DNA from: Lama guanicoe
Lineage: Eukaryota
Length of the DNA stretch: 64,000 nucleotides
Direction of reading: 5' to 3'
Assembly: GCA_013239625.1 (NCBI GenBank)
Contig: MU053588.1
Location: forward strand, 955,988-1,019,987
Part shown: piece by piece, positions 54,330-64,000 of the stretch
Layout: the number at the start of each line of letters is the position of its first letter
Numbering within the stretch: position 1 is the first letter of the stretch
Notes under the pieces: model-generated
Databases searched by the model: none
The model's input: the letters and a program-made list of their open reading frames with translations, nothing else
What the model was told of the DNA's origin: nothing
Made by a program: the position numbers and the translations under genes

Positions 54330-56400
54330 GGCCAGGCCCCGCCCCCGCCCTCTGGTCCCGCCCCCGATTGTCAGGGAATTGGGCCTCCGCACATAGCCCC
54401 CGCCCCAGGTCTGGCCCCAACCTCCGCCTAGTAAATGCCAGGTGTTCTTGCCATGCTAAGCCCTCAGTCCTCACCTCTAACCCTCAGATCCCTCTCTGTC
54501 TGTTGATCATTTGGGTCCCGCCCTCTTCCTAGGCTTCACTCAAAAATTTATTTCCCGCTCCTAGGAGAGCTGCAGGCCTCACACTCAGGCCCCACCCCTT
54601 TCCCCAAGCTCCGCCCTGGCTCCTCCTTCGCGCAGAGGATACCCCTTACCGACTCCTCCAGCCGACCCAAGTTCAGACCGCGGCCCCCTGGGCCCAGGGC
54701 AGGGCGAGGAACGGCCGTAGCAGAAAATAACCGAAAAGAACGGGGGTGCGGGTGAAGGCAAGTGGGCGAGACAGCGAGGGTGGACCCCGAGATCTAGGCC
54801 CCGCCCCCGGGCTCGAGGCCCCGCCCTCCTGTGAGCCAGCTTGAGCACGGCCCCTTACGAACCTGAATCTCCTCTTGAAATACTTGAAATTCCCCGCCCC
54901 CAGGCCTTGTAGTCCTAGGCCCCACCCCTTTAGAGCGTTTTTCTTAGCCCCTCCCCTTTTAAATACCCCACCCCTCGTCATTCCCTCTCCTGAAGCCCCG
55001 CCCATTACGAACACTGCTACGTAACTCCTCCCTTTTGGAACTCTTGGTCGTCCGGCCCCTAAAGACAGTTTACTTATAAGCTCCACCCCTTTAGGACTTC
55101 GCCACCTGTCTTCCCAAGACCCTCTCCTGCCTCGGGCCCGCCCAGAATGCCCTTCCACCGTGGACCCGCCCTTTCCGTGACGCACGCGCTTGTCCGCGCC
55201 TTCGGCGTCCTCACCCTCTCCTTCCTTAGGCCCTCCGACCCCGCCCCCTTGCGAACGCTCCGTTCTCGCCCCATCCCTTTTTGAACCCAGCCAGGCACCC
55301 AGCCCCTCCTATTTAGTACCCAAAACGTAGACCCTCGCCTCTTTAGAACATTGAGACCAAGACGTATCCCGGACCCCTTCCCCACATCCTCAGGGACCGG
55401 TGGCGCCGATGGGTGGGAAAGTAGGAGATCCTTTCTGGAGCCTGAAAAAATGGGGGTTGGGGGGCTGTTCGCGATGTCAATGCCGGGCTCTAGGACCCAG
55501 CGGGCAAGTGCGCCTGCCTCGCGCTTACCCCTCCCCCAAGAAAGCCGCCCCCTCCCCCTCACCCATCTTCCAGGTTCCCCCTCCCTCCCCCCTCGCCCCG
55601 GCTCCCGGTGCCCGTCTCTAGCGCCGCCGGAACCAGCGAGGGAGCCGGAGCAAACAGGAGGAGGAGGAGGAGGCCACGTCGCCGCCGCTCGGAGCCCGGC
55701 CGGAGCCTCCCAGGCAGGTGCCGAGGGGGGCGAAGGGGCGGGGGCTGACAGACCGCCTGTCACGGTGAGGGGGTGGCCAGGACTTCGCTGCGGCCCATGC
55801 CCACCCAGGCGCCCCCCAGACCCTGGCTGGAAGGACAAGGGGGTGGGGGCCCCCAAAATGTGCGGCAGCCATTTGGGGTACCAGTCTCCATTTGGGGGTC
55901 TGGCCTTCCTCCGAGGACGCCCCATTCATAAAATTCCGTACTGGACCCCCACCATTGAGGAACTCTAAGGACCACTCCCCCCGGAAAACACATGTGGGGA
56001 GCGTAGGGCACCTAGAAATCCCAGCGTCCCATCCCAGTAGGCCTTGAGGGGGACCCCAACCCTCTTTCTCTGCTTCACCTGTTGTCGGGGTAGGCGGGCG
56101 GACAAAGGAAGCAGCGTCACGTGACTGCTCATTCACAAAATCCCATCCCATTGAGAAAAGGGGGCTGGGGGCGCTGCGGCCGCCCCTTCCCCTCCCCAAG
56201 TGCTGGGGAAACCCGGCAGCCTGCAGGTGGGGGAAGGGGCTAGAGCTCTTTGCCTGGGTCCCTAAGGCTGGGGCACCAGGGTCCCTGCGCTAGGTGGTAG
56301 TGAGGAGTTGGACGCTGATCCCGATTACTGGGCGGAGGGCTGCGTCCCCTGAGCCAGGGGGCGGGGTAAGATGGTTCTGAAGGATGCTGGGGCGGGGAGG
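54330..56400. promoter_or_regulatory. Shared head-to-head CpG-island promoter region of GGN (-) and SPRED3 (+)
   Basis: Many CCCGCCC boxes (54338-54530, 54800-54830, 54890, 55140-55170). Candidate minus-strand donors of non-coding GGN exons (CTCACC about 54470, CTTACC about 54645, CTTACG about 54854). Divergent gene orientation. Confidence 0.7.
55600..55764 (+). other. SPRED3: Probable first exon of SPRED3 (no ATG; 5' boundary approximate)
   Basis: CpG-island sequence ending in a strong donor CACG|GTGAGG (GT at 55765). The first coding exon has an acceptor TCTCTTCCAG ending at 57205, 4 nt before the ATG, so an upstream exon is required. Confidence 0.6.
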
Positions 56401-57209
56401 GGGAGGAGGAGGGATCAAACCCCAACCCCCGGCCCCGCCAATCTCTCCCCCTTGCCTTTCCTTGGCAGGGGCCTGAGGGAGCAGGCTTGATTTTTGTGAA
56501 TGAAATGCTCTCTGGTGTCTCGGTCGCCTGTTTCTGGCTTCCTCTGCCTCCATCTCCCTTTTGGCCTGTATCTGGCCATTTCTGTTTCTCTCCCTGCTCC
56601 CTGCCCATCTCCCGTTGCCGGGTGACTCAGTGAGCTTTGCATCCGGTCTCATTCATAAATCCGGGAAGGGGTGGGGGGGAAGAGAGCCTGGGTTTCTCAC
56701 CCAGCCAGTGGCCTGGGCGGCAGGGTGCGGAGGCAGTGTAGGGGGAACTGGAGCTGAGTTGAAGGGCTCTAAGAAAATACATATGCGCAGGCACCCAGCT
56801 GTGAGGGGGACGATGGGTGGGGCTGTGGGTACGTGCTAAGGGAGGAGAAGGAGACAGGGTTGATAGGGGATGAGCAGGAGGAGGAAGGGAAGTGGAAGAG
56901 CGAAGCTATGGGGGTGGGGATGGGAAAGATGGGGAAAGGGAGGAGAGGTGGGGATGGAGAAAAATGGTAGATATGGAGAAGAAGGTAGGCATGGGAGAAA
57001 AGAGAGGGCCAGAGGAAGAAAGAAGCCATAGTGGAAGAAGGTGGGCATGGGGGGAGAAGGTGGGCATGGGGAGGAGGTGGCTAAGGGTGCCGGAGATCCA
57101 GCTGCGAGAAATGAAGAGAGGAGATGAAGGTTGGGGGGACACTAAATAGGAGAGCAGGGTTGGCGCTCACTGACCATGTTGTCCTTGTCCTCCCATCTCT
57201 TCCAGGTAC

Positions 57210-60200
57210 ATGGTTCGGGTCCGAGCCGTGGTGATGGCCCGAGATGACTCCAGTGGGGGCTGGCTGCCTGTGGGGGGCGGGGGCCTCAGCCAGGTGAGCG
57301 TATGTCGGGTCCGAGGGGCCAGGCCCGAGGGGGGGGCCCGCCAGGGGCACTACGTCATCCACGGGGAGCGCCTCCGGGACCAGAAAGTGAGCCACCCTGG
57401 GGTGTGGGGGTAGGGTGGGGGCGTGGGGAAGTAGGGGAATGGGGCTGGGAATGCAGAGGTGAGGTCAGGTCATCTCCCAGCTCGAATCAAACCGGGGCTG
57501 TGGGATGGAGTTGGAAGTGAATATCTGTCTTCTGGATAACAGTTGGGCGTTTTGTGGTCTATTGGGGGTTTTAAGCAGGTCCTGTCCACTGCCATTGCCC
57601 TGCTGGACTGTCACAGCAGCCTCCTCACTGGTGTCCTTGCCCTGCTCCTGCTCCCTCCCCCAACCTCAGTCTGTTCCACAGGGGCTGTGCTAACACCTGA
57701 CTCAGATCACATCTCTCCTCTGCTCAGAGCCCTCCCCGTGGCTCCATCTTGCTCAGAGATCCTTGCTACGAGGATCTGACACCACTAGCCCCTATCTGCC
57801 CTAAGTATATGGAGGCATTTGGTAGGGGGCCATCTGGAAGTGTCAAATAGGGTTTACAATCCTATTATGGGTTGATCAGGAATATTCTGGGCTGACTGGC
57901 ATGATTTGGAAGAAGAATGTTGACGTTTCAGCTGAGGATGTAGTAGAAAGATTTGGATGGTTTGAAAAGGCTTGGGGTAGGGTTGTCTTTCAGAACAGGA
58001 GTTGGAAGGAACAGTGTAGGGGGGATTTGAAATGGTGTGAAGGAATAAAGTGATGTTGGACAAGGATACAAGGGAACACCTCAGGTGCTGACTGGCATCT
58101 GAGGGCAAGGCTGTGGGTGTTTGATAAGAACTTGCAGGTAGTCTTTTGGGAGATTACGGGACATCAGAAGGGGACTAACAATAATATTTTGAGCTGTTTA
58201 ATGAAGTTTGGGGAGTACTGTTAGGCCAAATGGGAGACATTGGGCTATCAGAAGGTGAACTAATTTTTTGAGACATTCAATAAAATTTGAGATTCCTATT
58301 GAGATATGAGAGGGGGGTGTTAAGAAAATGTAGAGATCGGGGGTTTGGGAAAAAAAAACTGGTCTGTCAGAGGTGTGCTCAATAAAACTGAGTGGTACTG
58401 GGGTGTTGGTCAGTGTTCAAGGATACACCTAGGATTGAGAAATGAGGTTTGTGGGGGTGCTTTGGCATAGAGCCTGGGGTTGACGGGAAGTCACGGGCAT
58501 GGCTGGAAGGGAATGTCTGACCTGGCCCCCTCCTACCCCCTCAGACCACCTTGGAGTGTACCCTGAGGCCAGGCTTGGTTTACAACAAGGTGAACCCCAT
58601 CTTCCATCACTGGAGCCTGGGTGACTGCAAGTTCGGGCTGACGTTTCAGAGTCCTGCAGAGGCTGATGAATTCCAGAAGAGCCTGCTGGCTGCGCTGGCC
58701 GCACTGGGTCGAGGTGAGTGGCCCAGTTGGTGGGCACTGGGGGCTAGGGTGGAGGGGTGGGGGAAGATGGGCCCAAGGGACTCACTGTCTGCCTCTCTCC
58801 CTGCCCCAGGCTCGCTCACCCCCTCCTCCTCCTCCTCTTCCTCCTCCCCTTCCCAGGACACCGCAGAGACTCCCTGCCCTCTGACGGTGAGTCTTCAGGT
58901 GCAGCTCTGCTGGGAGGGCAGGGGTTTATTTCTATCCTACAAACATTCTTGAGCACCTACTGTGTATCCAGCACCATGCCACTTGCTGGGGACACAAATT
59001 GGGGCCCAAACTATTTGTGTCAATTTCAATCCCAATTATTCCAGGTTTTCTATTCTATCATGATTTACACATTCATTCAAGGGTATTTATTGAACACCTC
59101 CAACAAAGTCGTGTTTTAAGCACTGGGGATACATCAGTGAACAAAACAAAGTCCCTTTTCTTGTGGAGCTTCAATTCTAGTGTGAAAAGGCAGAAAAAAA
59201 ATTAAGGTACAGTATAAAATGAATCAATATTGGAAGTAAATGGATGAACAAATTAATGGGAAATCCATCCTCCTAGTTACTCACTAGGAGGTACAAACTT
59301 TGGAGCCATCCTTGACTCCTCTGCTTTTTTTATGTCCCTCATCTGTCAGCAAGTATTGGCTCCACTTTCAAAATGCTCAGAATGTGCCTCTAACCTGGTT
59401 ACAGTCCAGCCTCATCTCCCAGCTGGACCATCTCATCAGCTTCTCATCATCAATTGCCTTCCTCAGCTCTTTTCTCCACAGCTAGCCAGAGGGACCTTAT
59501 TAACATCTAAGTCAGCTCATGGTCATCTCCCACTCAGAATCCTACCAGGCTCCATCTCACTCATGGTAAAGGACAAAGTCCTCAGAGTGATTCAGAAGAT
59601 CCCACACCATCTGGCCTCCAATTACTCTTCCTCATGCTCACACTGGCCTCCTCACTCTTACTCCAGAAGGGCAGGCATTTTCCTGTCTCAGGGCCTTTGT
59701 ACTGACCAGCCTTCTGTCTTAAAACACTCTTCCCCATATTTCCACCTGGCTTATTTCCTTAGGGCTTTACTCACATATCGCCTTTTCAGTAAGGGCCTCC
59801 CTGAGTAACCTGTTTAAAGTTGCAGTCTCACAGGGTTTCTTATTCTGCTCTAATTTTCCCCCATCTTATAAGATTATTTTCCCTATTTCCTTTCCCAATA
59901 GACAGTTTTCTTATCTATTACTTTACTGTCCATCTGCCATGCTAGAATGTCAGCTCCAGGAGGGCAAAGATCTTTTTGTTGCTTTCTTGCTGCATCTTTA
60001 ATGCTTAAAACAGTGCCTGGTATACAGTAAGTGTTCAGTAAATATGTGTTGAATAAATTGATTGAATGAATAAATGCACGTAATGTCGGATTCAATTTGG
60101 CACTTGCTGGGAACAGTGGGAGAACACTTGGAGGAACAGAACTGGTTCCCTGGGCAGAAAAGGAGGATTCCCAGGGTAGTGGGAGATGCCAGTGGGTCTA

Positions 60201-62469
60201 CAGAAGTCACAGAGACAGGTCCCACTTAATGAGCACTTACTCAGGAAAGAAGCTGTGTTTTCCCTGCTTCATCTCACATCCTCACAATGGCCTTTGTGAG
60301 CCTGGCATGTCGTAGGTGCTCAATGAATGTTTACTGAAGATAGTAAGTGGATGAGGTAGGAATGATTCCCAGGTTACAGAAAGGAAACTGAGGGTCTGAG
60401 AAGTGATGTTTCAGCTTGTAAAGGCCAGAGCTTGGTTTGGATGGGAAGGAAAGCATTCCAGGTGGGTAGAAATTCCCCCAATGAGGCAGGAAGGCAACTG
60501 ATGGCCATTGAAAAGGGATTCTGAGAAGGGAGGATGATTTGATGTTCTGTAGGTTGGTGAGCTGAGCAGATAAGAAGAGGGGGTCAAATAATAACAACCC
60601 TAACCATTTCTAGCTCTTCCTGTACTTCAGGCATGTATTCTGCCCTTTACAGTGGGTCCTAACCACATCCTTATGAATAGACACTATTATGATCCTCATT
60701 TTACAGAGGAGGAAACTGAGACTCAGAGAGATGAGCTCACTTGACGGAGGTCACACAACCAGTCAGTGGCAGAGCCGGGGCTTGAACCCAGGCCTGTCTG
60801 GCCGCAGAGCCCTCGCTCACAATGGGAGGGGGTCTGTGTAAGGGCATCGGCTGTGCCAGGGGTCCCGGCTCTGAGGCCGCCAATCTCCCCCAGTCCCACG
60901 TGGATAGCGACTCCTCCTCCAGTCACAGCCGCCAGGAGACACCTCCAACCGCCGCGGCGGCCCCCATCGTCACGGTGGAGTCAGCTTCGGGCTTCGGGCC
61001 AGCCACGCCCCCCCAGCGCCGCCGCTCGTCTGCTCAGGTGCGACCTCCGACCCCAGCAGAAGTCTGGGGCTCAGGGTGGAATGGGGCCTGGGATGGGGCA
61101 GGGCGCGCTGGAGTCCCGAAGTGGGCGGGAGCTGAGGCAGAAGAGGGGTGAGAAACCACAAACAGATCCTACTGGATGGCTGACGTGACATGGGGGGTGG
61201 GGAGCTTGGAGGCCTTGGTTCTTCCGAAGGTTGGGTGAGGGCTTCCTGTGTCTCCTGCGCTCTTGGAGATTGGAAAGTTCTGAATTCCAGAGGGGTTTAG
61301 GGGACGACTTTGAGCACATTAGCGGGTTGCTGGTACAAATGGAAGAAGTGCTTTAGACTGTTTAATTCACGAGGGTGGGGCTTGGTATCTAAGGGGGTAA
61401 AAAGGATCTGGGGACCAGACTCTCGCGTCCTAAAGGAGGAGATAGCTGGGGTCCAGAACTCCCGAATCTGAGAGTAGAGGGGGCTGGGGGCTGGGATCTC
61501 GGATCTTTAGAGGGCAAGACTGAGAGCCTGGACCACTGGGTCCTTAAGGTGTGTGGGCTTGGTTCCTGGATTCTTCTGTCGGTCTCTAGATTTCCTCTGT
61601 CTTTGGGAGAGGAGTGGGCTGGAGTATTAGAACTCTGAATACCAGACCCACGCAGTCAGGATCCCAGGACAGGATCCTAGGATGAATGAGGCCTGTGGCT
61701 GGGTCTTTAGAATTTCGGATCTTCTAAGTACGGAATGGATGGTGGTGGAATGTTGGGGATCACAGACCCCACTAACCTATTCTCCTGTCCCTTCGTTCCG
61801 CAGAGCTTCCCTCCACTCCTACCTTTCACGGGGATTCCGGAGCCTTCAGAGCCCCTGGCCGGGGCAGGGGGCCCGGGCTGGGGCGGCCGCGGCTACGAGG
61901 ATTACCGGCGCGCCGGGCCGCCTGCGCCTCTCGCCCTGTCCACCTGTGTCGTGCGCTTCGCCAAAACCGGAGCGCTGAGGGGCGCAGCCCTCGGGCCCCC
62001 TGGGGCCCTACCCACTCCTCTCACTGAGGCTGCGCCCCCAGCGCCCCCGGCTCGCCCACCCCCGGGCCCCGGCCCGGTCCCAGCGCCGGCCAAGGCCTCC
62101 CCCGAGGCGGAGGAGGCAGCGCGCTGCGTGCACTGCCGCGCGCTCTTCCGTCGTCGTGCGGATGGGCGTGGCGGCCGCTGCGCCGAGGCCCCGGACCCGG
62201 GTCGCTTGCTGGTTCGCCGGCTCAGCTGCCTGTGGTGCGCCGAAAGCTTGCTCTACCACTGCCTGTCGGACGCCGAGGGCGACTTCTCGGACCCGTGCGC
62301 CTGCGAGCCGGGCCACCCGCGCCCCGCCGCGCGCTGGGCGGCGCTGGCCGCGCTCTCCCTCGCCGTTCCCTGCCTCTGCTGCTACGCGCCCCTGCGCGCA
62401 TGCCACTGGGTTGCGGCGCGATGCGGCTGCGCCGGCTGCGGGGGTCGCCACGAGGAGGCGGCACGGTGA
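57210..62469 (+). CDS. SPRED3: Sprouty-related EVH1 domain-containing protein 3, 5 coding exons, 410 aa
   Basis: Exons 57210-57386, 58545-58713, 58810-58886, 60894-61037, 61804-62469 (1233 nt). EVH1 start [24 protein letters not shown] segment, Cys-rich Sprouty domain ([12 protein letters not shown]...DPCAC...PCLCCYAP). Confidence 0.97.
61410..61550 (+). repeat. Degenerate 38-bp GC-rich minisatellite (MSR1-like)
   Basis: Units start at 61410, 61448 and 61486, with a partial fourth, e.g. GGGGTCCAGAACTCCCGAATCTGAGAGTAGAGGGGGCT. Confidence 0.55.
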
Positions 62470-63581
62470 GGATGGCCTGGTGGGTCCGGTAGCCAGACTG
62501 AGGACCCAAAATTGAGGGTCTAGGACCCCGGACTCTGTTCAGACCCCAAACCCAAACCTAGGCACACTTGGATCTTGGAGCTTGAGTTTGGATTGAGAAA
62601 CCCCAGACCTGGAACCTAGACCCCAAATCTAGGAGTGAGAGACCCTAAACCCAGCTTCATTGGGATGTCTGTCCAAGAGGTCCCAGGCATCCTGAGTTCT
62701 GGAGTCCCCGTTCTCCACCCCCAACCCCTCTGACCTAGACTGAGGAGACCCAGGGATTCCCAGAATCCACCTCAGGCAGGCAGGGGAGCACACGGATTCC
62801 TGAGAGTGCAGGACCCTGAATCCTGACTCCTTGTTTAAATTACCAACCTAGACCCAGTCATGCCTGGCACCATGAACCCTCAGATTACAGCCCCAGAATT
62901 AGTCAGGAGTTGCCAGTACCTGACCCTGCCTGTATACAATTACACCCAGATCTTGAGACTATAGGACCCAGAATCACCCCAAGTGGTTCCCGAATGCTCA
63001 CCTAAAACCTGGGGCACCTGTGTCTGAGATGTTCTTGTAGCCCCAGGACTTCTTAGATGCCAAATCTTAAGATATCCTGAGTCCTTGGATGTGCTCAAAT
63101 GGATGTTCTCTTACCAAAGGACTTGGAAGACCCATCTTAGAGTCCTTCTCCCCCACACTCACCACCCAAGATCCAGAATTCAGATCAAGATGCTTTGGGA
63201 GCCAGGGATCAAAGACCTCTGTAGACACACCCATACTAGGCCAGTGTTCCAAGGAGCTTTAGATCTCATATATAGGACTCTGAGGTGCCTGGTACCCCCA
63301 GATGTAGAACTGAAGGTCACCAACACCTCAGGTCCCAAGACACTGGTTCCAAGCCCTCAGATGGCCCTTTTCCAACTCTCCTTGGACTCAATTTCAAGCC
63401 CCAGAATGTCCTGGAATCTTTAACTTCTTTGTACCCACAGATCCCCAATCTCCTAAAGGCTGAAAGCTCAGCTCCCAGAAGATGGGATGTTCATGGCCAC
63501 TCAGACCTCTGACTCCTTGATGCCCCCAGCCCCTGAATGGCCCAAGGTGCTTTAGGAGCACTGGATCCAAGGCCCTGAGGT

Positions 63582-63817
63582 GCCACTGACCCCCCCCCCC
63601 AATTCAGGGCTCAAGCCTGCATAATATTGAGATTGTCCCTGACCCAAGACCTTGGTCCCTCCATGCCAGAGACAGTCAGATCCAAGGTGCCCCAGGACCA
63701 GCCACTGACCCCCCCCCCAATTCAGGGCTCAAGCCTGCATAATATTGAGATTGTCCCTGACCCAAGACCTTGGTCCCTCCATGCCAGAGACAGTCAGATC
63801 CAAGGTGCCCCAGGACC
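63582..63817 (+). repeat. Near-perfect tandem duplication of about 118 bp
   Basis: 63582-63699 and 63701-63817 are identical apart from the poly-C run (11 vs 10 C). Confidence 0.95.
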
Positions 63818-64000
63818 CTAGCATCTTCAGATTCCAGATTTCTTTGGATTCAGACCTCTCTAGCCTGATATTCTTCAGGTCCAGCTTGAGCATCCCCTGA
63901 GATCTCCTGCCCCTTGAATCCTGCCGTACATAGGCCCCTGAGACCCCAAGTTTCCAGACTCTGGAATTCTAGTCCCAGGGTTGCAGCATCCTGCAGAACT

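Overview
This is a mammalian, GC-rich, gene-dense genomic window, not a prokaryotic one. It contains five complete spliced genes in the order known from human 19q13.2: KCNK6 (+, 313 aa), CATSPERG (+, 28 coding exons, 1148 aa), PSMD8 (+, 7 exons, up to 351 aa), GGN (-, 675 aa) and SPRED3 (+, 410 aa). I traced all exon boundaries by hand to GT..AG sites with consistent phase, and all five frames are intact. Nine copies of a tRNA-Ala(AGC)-derived SINE with an AAATAAA-CCTAATTACCTCCCC tail suggest a camelid genome (inference). The remaining intronic and intergenic DNA is old L1/L2/MIR/MLT1/ERV-LTR/DNA-transposon debris. I found no clearly new biological system. The best leads are: (1) a 352-codon strong-Kozak ORF with protamine-like 8-aa repeats just upstream of, and in frame with, CATSPERG; (2) a possible CUG-initiated N-terminal extension of SPRED3 that would restore a SPRED1/2-like N-terminus; (3) four stop-free, frame-preserving short introns in CATSPERG, one splitting the transmembrane helix; and (4) a near-perfect 118-bp tandem duplication 3' of SPRED3. 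Comparisons with human or mouse proteins are from memory and need checking by alignment.
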